64,000 nucleotides of DNA from an uncultured delta proteobacterium (GTDB taxonomy: Bacteria > Desulfobacterota > Binatia > HRBIN30 > BPIQ01), in NCBI GenBank assembly GCA_963761335.1, contig CAVXGR010000012.1, forward strand, positions 256,001 to 320,000. Reading direction: 5' to 3'. The first letter of the stretch is position 1; every line of letters begins with the position of its first letter. The translations under genes were made by a program, and so were the position numbers. Below are positions 9,645 to 22,920 of this stretch, in pieces. Under the pieces are notes generated by a model. That model was not told the DNA's origin. It saw only the letters and a list, made by a program, of their open reading frames with translations, and did not search any database.

Positions 9645-10847
9645 TCACGCAAAGGTGAGCATGCGGTCGACGACGGCGTCGCGCCCGGCCATCGTGCGCA
9701 GCTCCCAGCGCCGCGCCTCCGCCAGTCGTTCGGCGTGCTCGCCCTCGCTCTGCTGCAGCCGCGCCAAGGCGCTGCACACCCTCGCTTCATCGAAGTCGCC
9801 ACGCGCCGCATCCGCCAACGGCACCGCCAGTCGGAGCTCCTCACAGCGTCTTGCCAGCGCCGGCTGATCGCCAAAGAACGGGTAGGAGATCATCGGCACC
9901 TGCTGGAAGATCGCTTCGTGCGTCGAGTTGATGCCGTGATGGGTCACGAAGACATCCGCGTCCCGCAGCGCCGCCCACTGGTCCACCTCGGCGGCGACGA
10001 CGACGTTGTCTCGGGCGATCTCGTCCCGTACCGCGGCCTCGAGCGGATGTCCGCCGAGCGATATGACGACGTCTACGTCCATGTCCGCCCAGGCGCGCGC
10101 CATCACCCGCAACGCGGCGACGGCCGTGCGTTCGAAGTACCACCAGATGACCGTACCGAAGGACACATAGACGCGGCGGCCGCGTCGCCGCTGCGGGAAG
10201 ACGGCAGCGGCGTCTGCCTCACGCAGCTCGGGGGCGAGACAGCCGAAGAACGCCAGTGGCTCCAAGGCGGCGCGATCGTCCGCGGCGAGAAACTCGGGCG
10301 GCTCGCCGTAGAGATTCAGAAACGGGCTCAACGTGTCGACGTACGAGAACGGCGTTGCCTCCGCCATGCCATACAGGTGGCGCAGCCGCTGCACGGCGTT
10401 CCAACACTCCGCCGAGGTGGCCACGCGCGGGTCGCGGCGTAGCGCCGTGATGGCGCGCGCCGGCACGAGGGCGTGGCTCGGAGAGACGTTGACGTACGGC
10501 ACTCCGAGAATCTTCGCGACCACGGGCGCGGCAACCATGAAGGTGTCGTAGAGGATGAGCGCCGGGTCGAGCGCCGCGACGTCGGCTGCCAGCGCCTCGG
10601 CGTGCACGCCGGCGAAGGTGACATAGCGGCTCGGCACCGGCCGCGACGTCGCGTCGACCGCCTCCAGAGGATAGCGCCCGAAGAGATCGACGAAGTGCCC
10701 GCCGGCCTGCTCGACGAGGTTGCGGAAGTCCTCGTGGGTCAGCACGTGAACCGTCCACCCGCGCCGGCGCAGGGCCGCGACCACCGGCAGCACGACCCGC
10801 AGGTGCCCGGTGCCGCGCACGCAGAGAACGACGATCGAACGACTCAT
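9645..10847 (-). CDS. GT1/MGT-family NDP-glycosyltransferase
   Basis: N-terminal GTGH, VYVSFGT, and the GT-B signature VDQWAALRDADVFVTHHGINSTHEAIFQQVPMISYPFFGDQP. Confidence 0.9.
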   Translation of the reverse strand: MSRSIVVLCVRGTGHLRVVLPVVAALRRRGWTVHVLTHEDFRNLVEQAGGHFVDLFGRYPLEAVDATSRPVPSRYVTFAGVHAEALAADVAALDPALILYDTFMVAAPVVAKILGVPYVNVSPSHALVPARAITALRRDPRVATSAECWNAVQRLRHLYGMAEATPFSYVDTLSPFLNLYGEPPEFLAADDRAALEPLAFFGCLAPELREADAAAVFPQRRRGRRVYVSFGTVIWWYFERTAVAALRVMARAWADMDVDVVISLGGHPLEAAVRDEIARDNVVVAAEVDQWAALRDADVFVTHHGINSTHEAIFQQVPMISYPFFGDQPALARRCEELRLAVPLADAARGDFDEARVCSALARLQQSEGEHAERLAEARRWELRTMAGRDAVVDRMLTFA

Positions 10848-11710
10848 TGCTCCGAGCGGTGCTCACCTTCCGCCGCGGCGACACATTGGTGCAGTCGCGC
10901 CAGCTGTGCGTCGAGCCGCGAAGGCATTCGCTGGAAGAAGATCCGCACCAGGGTCAGGCCGGCGGCGATCTTCCAGTAGGCCAGCGCCTCGGGAGCGGCG
11001 GGTGCCGCCGAGCGATAACCGGCCATGAAGCGCCCCCACGCCTCCGCCGACATCGGCCATCGGTGCCAGGTCCAGGCGAGATCCAGGCCGATCGGGCCTA
11101 TCCCGAGAATCTCCGTGTCGATGATCCGCAGCCGGCCGGCGGGGTCGATCAACATGTTCTCCGCGCAGAAGTCCCGGTGGATCAAGGCGACCCGCACGCG
11201 GCCGGGATCGTGGCGTCGGAGCGCGGCGCAGAGCGCCTCGCCGCCGGCGGCGGAGAGCACGCCGGCGCGGCGCAACAGGTCGACGTCGGTCGCGGCGACC
11301 CGATTCCAGCGCGTCGTTTCATCCTCCGCGGAACCGTCCACTTCGAGCCGATGCCCGTGCAGGCGTCCGAGAATCGCGCCGGCCGCCTGCGCCCACTGCT
11401 CCGCTTCGGTTTCGGGGAGCATCTCGCCCTCGAGCCACGACTCGAGCAGCACCGGTCCGAAGCACCCGAGGACGGGGGCAAAGGAGTCCTCGATCCCGCG
11501 GCGCAGGACGTGCACGCGCTGCGCCGCGGCCGCGGTGCCGAAATGCCTCGCCTTGACGATGCGTCCGTCATCCGACTCCACGCGATAGGCGTAACGCATC
11601 CCCTTGCGCTCTCCGAACGTGGAGACGAGCACGAGGTGACGGGGCCGAAAGCCGCCGCAGGCCACGGCCTCGCGGATCTCCGCCTCCAGCGCGCTCAGAT
11701 CCGCGGCCAT
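10844..11710 (-). CDS. Aminoglycoside-phosphotransferase (APH/choline kinase-like) family protein
   Basis: LGRLH, Brenner motif HRDFCAENML, IIDTE. Start MAADLS overlaps the upstream stop (TGATG). Confidence 0.85.
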   Translation of the reverse strand: MAADLSALEAEIREAVACGGFRPRHLVLVSTFGERKGMRYAYRVESDDGRIVKARHFGTAAAAQRVHVLRRGIEDSFAPVLGCFGPVLLESWLEGEMLPETEAEQWAQAAGAILGRLHGHRLEVDGSAEDETTRWNRVAATDVDLLRRAGVLSAAGGEALCAALRRHDPGRVRVALIHRDFCAENMLIDPAGRLRIIDTEILGIGPIGLDLAWTWHRWPMSAEAWGRFMAGYRSAAPAAPEALAYWKIAAGLTLVRIFFQRMPSRLDAQLARLHQCVAAAEGEHRSEQ

Positions 11711-12855
11711 CAGCACCTGAGCAGCGACAACAGGCGCTCGCCCAGCGCCGTGCCATAGGCGTCGCGTCCCAGCCGGAGCCGATAGCCGCTGGCGGCGGTC
11801 GCGATCGAAGCGAGCAGGCGATCCGGTGGATGGCACTGCCCGCCGCCGAGCTCTTCGAAAATCGTCGCCGGGCGCTCGCCAGTGGCGGCGCCGTAGAGGT
11901 TGGCGCGGACCCCGGCAACCACCTCTTCGCTTGTCAGAGGCTCGAGCGCCCACTCCGCCTCGTCGCCGCAGACCTGCGGGAAAACGATCGTGCCGAGCGC
12001 TGCCTCGGCGCGGGTGCCGGCGCCGAGGCGCCGCGCCAGCTGATTGGGCGTCAGCGCAAAATCGACCGCATCGGGCGACTCCTCGCTCGGCCCTGCCGTC
12101 TCCAGCTCCGCCAGAGTGTACAGGTAGGGGCGCGCCACGCGCGGCATGGCGCTGCGGAGCTCCGGAAAGCGAGCGAGTGTCGGCGGCCAGATCTTGATCG
12201 CGGTCGGCATACCCGCAATCGCCAGAGCCGCGCCGCCGCCGGCAAAGCTGCGATCGTTGGCGATCAATCGGCACCGATGCGAGCGCATCAGATAGAGGGC
12301 CACGGTCGTCTTGCCGGCGCCCTTCGGGCCGGCGATCAGCAGCGCCCGGCCGCCGCTCTCGACAGCGGCGGCGTGGAGATCGACGTGGGTGCGCCGCAGT
12401 CGAGTGGCGGCGATCTCCTGGAGGATCCAGAGCAGCGTGAAGCGCCAGCGGCGGGTGCTCGGATCGGCGATCAGGTCGACCTGCCCGGGACGGAGGCGCA
12501 GAAAGCACGAACGCTCGGCGTCGCAGAGGCTCACCGCGTCGCCCGACGGCCACGCCGGCATCGACATCACCTCTTGGTCGTGCGCAAAGCAGGGCCGCAG
12601 CCCTGCTCCTGCGGGCCGGCGGCGCTGCATCTCGGCGTAGGCGGGCGTCGTGCTGGTGACCGCAACCGACCACTCGGGGGTGCGCCGCGTCGGCAGGAAC
12701 CACGGGTCGAAGTGCTCGACCGCGAAGTCGATCAACGCCGCATCGTCGCAGAGCAGCGCGGTGCTGACGCCCGCGCAGTCGAGAACCAGTCGGATGGGCG
12801 CAGACGCAGAAGACTTGGGCTCGCTCTCGGCTGCCACGTTGCTCTGGCCTCGCAT
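11710..12855 (-). CDS. HPr kinase-related P-loop kinase
   Basis: LHAAAV...LLIAGPKGAGKTT...LIANDR pattern of HprK C-terminal-like kinases. Confidence 0.75.
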   Translation of the reverse strand: MRGQSNVAAESEPKSSASAPIRLVLDCAGVSTALLCDDAALIDFAVEHFDPWFLPTRRTPEWSVAVTSTTPAYAEMQRRRPAGAGLRPCFAHDQEVMSMPAWPSGDAVSLCDAERSCFLRLRPGQVDLIADPSTRRWRFTLLWILQEIAATRLRRTHVDLHAAAVESGGRALLIAGPKGAGKTTVALYLMRSHRCRLIANDRSFAGGGAALAIAGMPTAIKIWPPTLARFPELRSAMPRVARPYLYTLAELETAGPSEESPDAVDFALTPNQLARRLGAGTRAEAALGTIVFPQVCGDEAEWALEPLTSEEVVAGVRANLYGAATGERPATIFEELGGGQCHPPDRLLASIATAASGYRLRLGRDAYGTALGERLLSLLRC

Positions 12856-12961
12856 CCAGCGTGTTATGCGCTCTTCGGACCGGAATGGTCAATTGGGGCC
12901 CGCCGCAACCGCGCTGCCCCGGCCGGTAGTGCCTCAATTTCATCTCGGGTCGTTCGGCGTC

Positions 12962-13103
12962 ACCCTCTCCCGCATTGCCTGCGGGAGAGGGGCAGGGGTG
13001 AGGGTGCCGATCTTCTTTGAAGGTGCGTAGACAACGACGACCTTTCAGGGAACAGAAAGGGACCCCTCACCTGACCTCTCCCCGCGGAATTGCGGGGAGA
13101 GGG
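12962..13103. repeat. Inverted pair of CCCTCTCCC...GGGAGAGGG palindromic REP-like units
   Basis: ccctctcccgc-attgcct-gcgggagagggg-caggggtgaggg, and the reverse unit cccctcacctgacctctccccgc-ggaatt-gcggggagaggg. Confidence 0.8.
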
Positions 13104-13210
13104 ACCTCGCGCCCGTGCGTCGGAATCAAACTGATACACTACCTGCCGGCCCATCTTGTTGACTGTCCCGCACGCTTCGAGGGATAGAGGCCGGATTGGG
13201 AGGCCCGTTC

Positions 13211-13594
13211 ATGAGCACCGAATCGAAAGCCACCGCGGAGCACATGCGCGACGTGTTGCAGCGGTACGTCGACCTGATGAGCGCCGGGGACTGCGACGGG
13301 ATCATGGCGCTGTACGCCGCCGATGCCGTTGTCGAGGATCCCGTCGGCTCCGAGCCGCGCCGCGGCCACGCCGCGATATCCGAGCTCTATCGCAGCGCCG
13401 CCGGCAAGGTTCGCCTCGAGCTGGATGGACGAGTGCGCGTCGCCGCCGGCAGCGCCGCCGCGCCGATGCTCGGTCGGCCCACGGGCATGGAGGGCATGGT
13501 CGTCGAGATCGTCGACGTGATGACCTTCAACGACGATGGCCTGATCACCTCGATGCGCGCCTACTGGAGCCCGGACACGATCCGTCCGGAGTGA
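13211..13594 (+). CDS. Ketosteroid isomerase-like NTF2/SnoaL protein
   Basis: EHM..V.QRYV...VEDPVGSEPR.G.AAI...D...F...G.I.SMRA. Positions matching the catalytic Tyr/Asp/Asp of KSI are present. Confidence 0.85.
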   Translation: MSTESKATAEHMRDVLQRYVDLMSAGDCDGIMALYAADAVVEDPVGSEPRRGHAAISELYRSAAGKVRLELDGRVRVAAGSAAAPMLGRPTGMEGMVVEIVDVMTFNDDGLITSMRAYWSPDTIRPE

Positions 13595-13643
13595 GGCGCG
13601 GGGCCGGCGGAAGACATCCGCATCAGGGACTGAGCCAGGGAGC

Positions 13644-13802
13644 ATGCGCGCCGCCGCCTTCTTCGACATCGACCACACCCTGATCTCGGCAGATTCAGGG
13701 GTGCTGTTCGTGCGCTATCTGGTGAACCGCGGTCTGATGACCTGGACCGAGCTGCTCGGGCCCGCCCGCCGGGGATGGACCGTCATCGACGTGGAGCACT
13801 GA
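13644..13802 (+). pseudogene. Internally deleted HAD-IB (SerB-like) hydrolase
   Basis: 52 aa: MRAAAFFDIDHTLISADSG (motif I DxD) joined directly to the C-terminal ARRGWTVID. Motifs II-IV are absent. Confidence 0.7.
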
Positions 13803-13929
13803 GGATTCGGCGGCGGAGCACGCTCACCTGCGAGGACGACAGCAAGGGCGTTGTCCTGGGCTGGCGAGTTATTGCCCCTTCGGGGCGAAGCTCCCTCCTC
13901 CCGTTACTCTTGTCTAACCGGCATTGGCG

Positions 13930-14871
13930 CTAGGCGCGGTACGCCCGCACGGGGACGGCCTCGGGCGGCTTGTCGAGGAGACAGGCGACGGTTTGCAAGC
14001 GCACCGCTCGCAGGCGGCGATTGCGAGCTCGCGCCGGACGCCTGGCCTCCAGCCGCATCGGCCCATCGAGCAGGTCTCCGATGGCCTCGGCGAGGCAGCG
14101 GTGATGCGAGCCGTTCAGCCAGTGGCTGAGGCAGGGCAACATGAGCTGCGGCGCGTCGGGCAGCACCCGCGCGATGCGATCCGCGAACCGCGCCGACACC
14201 AGCTGGTCGCGCGAGCCCCACGCGAAGGCGGCGGGTATCGCCAGCCTGGGCAGGCGCGTCCACAGACCGTTCTCGCCTTCCGCCGGCTCGACGGCCAGCT
14301 CGTGCGCCGTCGAAAAGAAGCTCGCCCGCGTGGCGGGGCAGGCGAAGTAGTAGACCAGGCGCGCGCCGGCCTGCGCGATCTCGTCGTCGCGGAGCTGCGG
14401 AATGCCCTCGAGGATCCCCGACAGCCAGCGCAACAGCGGCCAGATCTTCTCCAGCGGGAACAAGTCCGCGGTGCGCGGACCCAGGAGGTACCCCGGCGCC
14501 AACAGCCAACGGAAGCGCAGCCAAGGCAGGTAGGGGGCGATGGCGACCACCGAGCGAAAGGCCTCTGGAGCGGTCAGCGCCGCCTCGAGAGCAACCCGCC
14601 CGCCGAGGGAAACGCCCATCACCACCGGCCGCGTCTTCATCGCCCGCGCCATCTGGATCACCGGTGCCGCCAGCACCGCCGGGGTGAGCGGCGCATCCGG
14701 CGCCGGGCTGCGGCCGAATCCGGGCAGGTCCACGGCGATGGTGCGCATACCGCGTTTCGCCAGAGCCTTGCCGAAGCCGGCAAATCCGGAGGACTCCAGG
14801 CCGAGCGGATGCAGGGCGATCACCGGCTCCCCGCTGCCCCACTCGCGCTTGTGCATCGCCACGGCCCTCAC
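13930..14871 (-). CDS. Alpha/beta hydrolase
   Basis: LHPLG, VDLPGFGRS, nucleophile elbow GVSLGG, WGSRDQLV, SHW. Start uncertain (14856-14919). Confidence 0.85.
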   Translation of the reverse strand: MRAVAMHKREWGSGEPVIALHPLGLESSGFAGFGKALAKRGMRTIAVDLPGFGRSPAPDAPLTPAVLAAPVIQMARAMKTRPVVMGVSLGGRVALEAALTAPEAFRSVVAIAPYLPWLRFRWLLAPGYLLGPRTADLFPLEKIWPLLRWLSGILEGIPQLRDDEIAQAGARLVYYFACPATRASFFSTAHELAVEPAEGENGLWTRLPRLAIPAAFAWGSRDQLVSARFADRIARVLPDAPQLMLPCLSHWLNGSHHRCLAEAIGDLLDGPMRLEARRPARARNRRLRAVRLQTVACLLDKPPEAVPVRAYRA

Positions 14872-15004
14872 CTCACCCCGTGAGCAGCAGCGAACGGTGC
14901 CGACGATCTCCTCGGGCATTTCGGCTGGCGTCGCTCATGGCAACCTCCTCTGCAGTCCTACGCCGTTTCACGGAAGCCACCTGTTTGGCAAACGGAGGTG
15001 ATTG

Positions 15005-15120
15005 GCCCCGGAGGGGGCCGCAGGCATGTAGCCTCGGGTCGAAGACCCGGGGCAGCCGAAGCACGGCCCGTTGCGCCCCGGCAGTGGCGCCGGCACGGGC
15101 AGGGTTTTGCGACGACCTCT
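15005..15120 (+). repeat. REP family A (GTAG-type multi-hairpin), copy 1
   Basis: gccccggaggggg..gcaggcatGTAGcctcgggtcgaagacccgggg...gcgccccggc; matches copies at 22.6-24.1 kb. Confidence 0.85.
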
Positions 15121-15133
15121 TCAACCCCGGCGG

Positions 15134-15157
15134 GAAGCGGCGGGACGCCGCTTCTAC
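15134..15157 (-). repeat. REP family B (GTAGAAGCGGCG..CGCCGCTTC)
   Basis: gaagcggcgggacgccgcttctac directly after the carB stop. Confidence 0.8.
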
Positions 15158-15167
15158 GTCTACGCGC

Positions 15168-18389
<3,222 letters not shown>

Positions 18390-18390
18390 C

Positions 18391-19530
18391 TCAGCCGTTC
18401 TCGCGCATGCGCTCCAGGAAGCGCTCGAACAGATAGTTGGCGTCGTGCGGCCCAGGCGAGGCCTCGGGATGGTACTGCACCGAGAAGACGGGCAGCTCCT
18501 TGTGCTCGAGCCCCTCGACGGTATTGTCGTTCAGGTTCACGTGGGTGAGTCGCGCCGCCCCGGGAATGGAGTCGACGTCGACGGCGAAGCCGTGGTTCTG
18601 CGCCGTGATCTCCACCTTCCCGGTGGTCAGGTCCTTCACCGGCTGATTGCCGCCGTGATGGCCGAACTTGAGCTTGTAGGTGCGACCTCCGAGGGCGAGC
18701 CCCAGGATCTGATGCCCGAGGCAGATGCCGAAGATGGGCTTCTTGCCGAGCAGCTCGCCAACGATCTTCTTGGCGTAGGGCACGGCATCGGGATCGCCGG
18801 GGCCGTTGGAGAGGAATATGCCGTCGGGCTTCATCGCCAGCACCGCGGACGCCGCGGTGTCGGCGGGCACCACCCGCACGCGACAGCCCGCGGCCACCAG
18901 GTTGCGGAGGATGTTGCGCTTGATCCCGTAGTCGTAGGCGACGACGAACGGCCGATCGCCACCGCCGCCGGCGGCGCCGTGGGCATAGCCCTCCTCGAGC
19001 GCCCAGGTGGACTCGTCCCAATCGTACGGCGCGCTGCAGGTGACTTCTTTGACCAGGTCGCGGCCCAGCATCGACGGAGCGTTGCGGGCCTTGCGGACCA
19101 GGCTCTGCGGGTCGAGATCGACGGTCGAGAGGGCGGCCTGCTGGGCGCCCTCCTGGCGGATGTGGCGCACCAGGGCGCGCGTGTCGATGCCCTGGATCCC
19201 CGGAATGCCGTAGTCGCGCAGGTAGTCGGCGAGCGACTGCCGGGCGCGCCAGTTGCTCGGCGATTCCCAGTACTCCTTGACGATGAACCCCTGCACGAAG
19301 GGGCGGCCCGCCTCGGCGTCCTCCGGGTTCACGCCGACGTTGCCGATCTCCGGGTAGGTCATCGCCACCAGCTGTCCGGCATAGGAGGGATCGGTGAGGA
19401 TCTCCTGATAGCCGGTCATCGAGGTGTTGAAGACCACCTCCCCGACGGCCTCTCCCGGCGCGAAGGCGATGCCCTCGTAGACGGTGCCATCGGCCAGAGC
19501 CAGTATCGCCTTGCCCTTCGCTTCGCTCAT
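18391..19530 (-). CDS. carA: Carbamoyl-phosphate synthase small subunit
   Basis: [40 protein letters not shown]. Confidence 0.97.
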   Translation of the reverse strand: MSEAKGKAILALADGTVYEGIAFAPGEAVGEVVFNTSMTGYQEILTDPSYAGQLVAMTYPEIGNVGVNPEDAEAGRPFVQGFIVKEYWESPSNWRARQSLADYLRDYGIPGIQGIDTRALVRHIRQEGAQQAALSTVDLDPQSLVRKARNAPSMLGRDLVKEVTCSAPYDWDESTWALEEGYAHGAAGGGGDRPFVVAYDYGIKRNILRNLVAAGCRVRVVPADTAASAVLAMKPDGIFLSNGPGDPDAVPYAKKIVGELLGKKPIFGICLGHQILGLALGGRTYKLKFGHHGGNQPVKDLTTGKVEITAQNHGFAVDVDSIPGAARLTHVNLNDNTVEGLEHKELPVFSVQYHPEASPGPHDANYLFERFLERMRENG

Positions 19531-20870
19531 CTCGCTCCCATCTCGGCGCCGCGCGCGCCGCTCGTCTGCTCCGCCAGATCCCAGACGACGCGTCCGCCGA
19601 CGATCGTGGTTCTCGCCCGCCCGCACATCTCCCAGCCGTCGAACGGCGAGTTGCGCGACTTGGAGAAGCCCTGGGCGGCGCGATACGTCCAGGCGCAGGC
19701 CGGGTCGACGACGCTGACGTCGGCGGCGGCACCCACCGACAGCGTGCCGCGGTCGATTCCGAGGACGGCCGCCGGCGCCGCGGTGAGAGCGCGCACCAGC
19801 CGCGACAGGGCCATCCCCTCCTCCACCAGTCGCAGCGCCAGCGGCAGGGTCGTCTCCAGCCCGATGATGCCGTTCAGGGCGTGGTCGAACTCGACCTCTT
19901 TCTCGTCGGGGTGGTGCGGCGCATGGTCGGAGGCGATGCAGTCGATGACGCCGTCGCGAAGCCCGGCGCGCACCGCCTCCACGTCGCGCGCGGTGCGCAG
20001 CGGCGGGTTCATCTTGGCGTTGGGATTGTAACCGGCGACCGCCTCCTCGGTGAGGGTGAAGTGGTGCGGCGCCGCCTCGGCGGTGACCCGCAGACCGCGG
20101 CTCTTCGCCTGGCGCACCATCTCGACGGCACCGGCGGTGCTGAGATGGGCGATGTGCAGCTTGCCACCCGTCAGCTCGGCGAGGGCGATGTCGCGCGCGA
20201 TCATCGCCTCCTCCGCGGCCGCGGGCATACCCTTGAGGCCGAGGCGCACCGACATGGCGCCTTCATTCATCACGCCGCCGGCGGCGAGCCCGCAGTCCTC
20301 CTCGTGGGCAATCACCGCCATGTCGAACATGCGCGCGTACTCGAGGGCGCGCCGCATGAGGCCGCTGTCGCTCACCGGCCGGCCGTCGTCGGAGATGGCC
20401 ACGATGCCGGCGCGCCGCATCTCGCCGATCTCGGCGAGCTGCGCGCCCTCGAGGCCGGCGGAGACGGCGCCGATGGGGAAGACGTTGGCGTGCCGGGCCA
20501 CCCGGGCACGGTCGAGAATGTACTCGGTGACCGCGGCGTTGTCGTTCACCGGCTTGGTGTTGGCCATGCAGGCGACCGCGGTGAAGCCGCCGGCCGCCGC
20601 CGCCTGCGTGCCGCTGGCGATGGTCTCGCGGTACTCGTAGCCGGGCTCGCGCAGGTGCACGTGCATGTCGATCAGGCCGGGCAGCACCAGGCAGCCACTG
20701 GCATCGACGACGATCGTGTCTCCGGGCTCCGACAGCGCCTCGCCCTTCTCGCCGACGGCACCGGGCTCGGCGACGGCGGCAATGCAGCCCTCGACGATCA
20801 TCACGTCCCGCGGTCCCTCGACGTCGTTGGCGGGGTCGATGACCGTGCCCCCGGTGATCAGCAAGCGCAT
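19527..20870 (-). CDS. pyrC: Dihydroorotase
   Basis: [33 protein letters not shown]. Confidence 0.96.
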   Translation of the reverse strand: MRLLITGGTVIDPANDVEGPRDVMIVEGCIAAVAEPGAVGEKGEALSEPGDTIVVDASGCLVLPGLIDMHVHLREPGYEYRETIASGTQAAAAGGFTAVACMANTKPVNDNAAVTEYILDRARVARHANVFPIGAVSAGLEGAQLAEIGEMRRAGIVAISDDGRPVSDSGLMRRALEYARMFDMAVIAHEEDCGLAAGGVMNEGAMSVRLGLKGMPAAAEEAMIARDIALAELTGGKLHIAHLSTAGAVEMVRQAKSRGLRVTAEAAPHHFTLTEEAVAGYNPNAKMNPPLRTARDVEAVRAGLRDGVIDCIASDHAPHHPDEKEVEFDHALNGIIGLETTLPLALRLVEEGMALSRLVRALTAAPAAVLGIDRGTLSVGAAADVSVVDPACAWTYRAAQGFSKSRNSPFDGWEMCGRARTTIVGGRVVWDLAEQTSGARGAEMGAR

Positions 20871-20880
20871 CGGTCGTCGC

Positions 20881-21864
20881 TCACGCGGTGCGCACGGCGC
20901 GCACCGGCCGCTCGTAGGTGGTCTCGTCGGCGCCGACCGTTTCTTCCTTTGGCCGGTTCACCAGCAGGAAGAGCACGGCCATGCGCACCGCGAGGCCGTT
21001 GGTCACCTGATCCATGATCACGGCGAAGGGGCCGTCGGCGACGTCGCTGGCGATCTCGATGCCGCGGTTGATGGGACCTGGGTGCATGATGATGACGTCG
21101 TCGTGCGCCTGCTCGAGGACGCGGCGGTTGAGGCAGAAGTAGTTGGAGTACTCGTCGAGGGTCGGGAAGTAGTTGGCCCCCTGTCGCTCCCGCTGGATGC
21201 GCAGCATCATGATGACGTCGGCATCGCGCACACCTTCCTCCAGGTTGAAGCGCACCTCGCACCACTGCGCGAACTCGGGCGGCACCAGCGTCGGCGGGCC
21301 GACCAGGCGCACGCGCGCGCCCATGGCTCGCAGCGCGTGCAGGTTGGATCGCGCCACGCGGCTGTGGAGGATATCGCCGACGATCGCCACGCTGAGCCCC
21401 TCGATGCGGCCCTTGCGTTCGCGGATGGTGAGCAGGTCGAGCAGTGCCTGCGTCGGGTGCTCGTGGCTGCCGTCGCCGGCGTTGATGATCGGGCAGTCGA
21501 CGCGCTGGGCAAGGAAGGCTGCGGCGCCCGAGGACGGGTGCCGCAGGACGATGGCGTCGGGCCGCATGGCGGCGAGGTTGCGCGCCGTGTCCAGCAGCGT
21601 CTCCCCCTTGCTGACACTGCTGACGTTCGAGGAGATGCTGACGAAGTCGGCGCTCATGCGCTTGGCGGCGATCTCGAAGGAGGCGCGCGTGCGCGTGCTC
21701 GCCTCGTAGAACAGGCTGACCACCGTCTTGCCGCGCAGCGTCGGCACCTTCTTGATGTCGCGTTCGGAGATCTCCTTGAAGGACGCGGCGGAGTCGAGCA
21801 GGAACTGCAGCTCCGCGGCGCTCATCCCCTCGAGGCCCAGCAAGTGCTTTCCGGCAAACTCCAT
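20881..21864 (-). CDS. pyrB: Aspartate carbamoyltransferase catalytic subunit
   Basis: [40 protein letters not shown]. Confidence 0.97.
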   Translation of the reverse strand: MEFAGKHLLGLEGMSAAELQFLLDSAASFKEISERDIKKVPTLRGKTVVSLFYEASTRTRASFEIAAKRMSADFVSISSNVSSVSKGETLLDTARNLAAMRPDAIVLRHPSSGAAAFLAQRVDCPIINAGDGSHEHPTQALLDLLTIRERKGRIEGLSVAIVGDILHSRVARSNLHALRAMGARVRLVGPPTLVPPEFAQWCEVRFNLEEGVRDADVIMMLRIQRERQGANYFPTLDEYSNYFCLNRRVLEQAHDDVIIMHPGPINRGIEIASDVADGPFAVIMDQVTNGLAVRMAVLFLLVNRPKEETVGADETTYERPVRAVRTA

Positions 21865-21865
21865 C

Positions 21866-22447
<582 letters not shown>

Positions 22448-22448
<1 letters not shown>

Positions 22449-22483
22449 CAGATCTCGAGGAGATGGGTGGGATGATTCGTCAT
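22448..22483 (-). CDS. Putative 11-aa pyr leader peptide (MTNHPTHLLEI)
   Basis: GAAAGG-N6-ATG...TGA. The SD lies inside the PyrR site and the stop abuts the 5' arm of the terminator. Confidence 0.5.
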
Positions 22484-22489
22484 GGGATA

Positions 22490-22521
22490 CCTTTCTAACC
22501 TCACCGGGTCAGACTTAAAGG
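22490..22521 (-). promoter_or_regulatory. PyrR-binding RNA element
   Basis: CCUUUAAGUCUGACCCGGUGAGGUUAGAAAGG fits the CUUUAA...CCnGnGAGG...AAGG PyrR binding-loop consensus. Confidence 0.85.
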
Positions 22522-22529
22522 GCTATCCG

Positions 22530-22558
22530 TGTGTACGCGCAGCGAATGTGAAAGTCAA
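22530..22558 (-). promoter_or_regulatory. sigma70 promoter of the pyr operon
   Basis: TTGACT-N17-TACACA immediately upstream of the PyrR site. Confidence 0.65.
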
Positions 22559-22594
22559 TCGGCCCCGGGTCCAACCCGAGGCCGGGGCCTGAAC

Positions 22595-22890
22595 AGATTG
22601 TCTCACAAGCTTGCCCGTGTCCGTGCCCGCGCCCCCGGCCGGGGCGCAACGGGCCGGGCTTCGGAATCCCCGGGTCTTCGACCCGGGGGCTACATGCCTG
22701 CACCCCTCCGGGGCGAATGACGTCCAAACCCCGAGGCCGCGGGTACAGGGCCGGGGAAGCCAGGTTCAATCGGGGAGACGGTTAGGCGTCGAGGATCAAG
22801 CCGCGGAGCGGCGCAGGCATGTAGCCCCGGGTGCAACCCGGGGAAAATTGTGTGGCCCATCAGGTCGCGCCCCGTCAGGGGCGCGGGCCC
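22595..22890. repeat. REP family A, copies 2 (-) and 3 (+)
   Basis: ccccgggtcttcgacccgggggCTACatgcctgcacccctccggggcg and gcggagcggcgcaggcatGTAGccccgggtgcaacccgggg. Confidence 0.85.
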
Positions 22891-22920
22891 CCGTGGAGGT
22901 GCGCAGCGTGCGATCCGGGC

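Noticed and set aside
10844..12943. 699-aa ORF as a single protein
   Set aside because: The N-terminal ~410 aa are an Arg/Pro-rich off-frame overlap with the kinase gene; the phosphotransferase starts at 11710.
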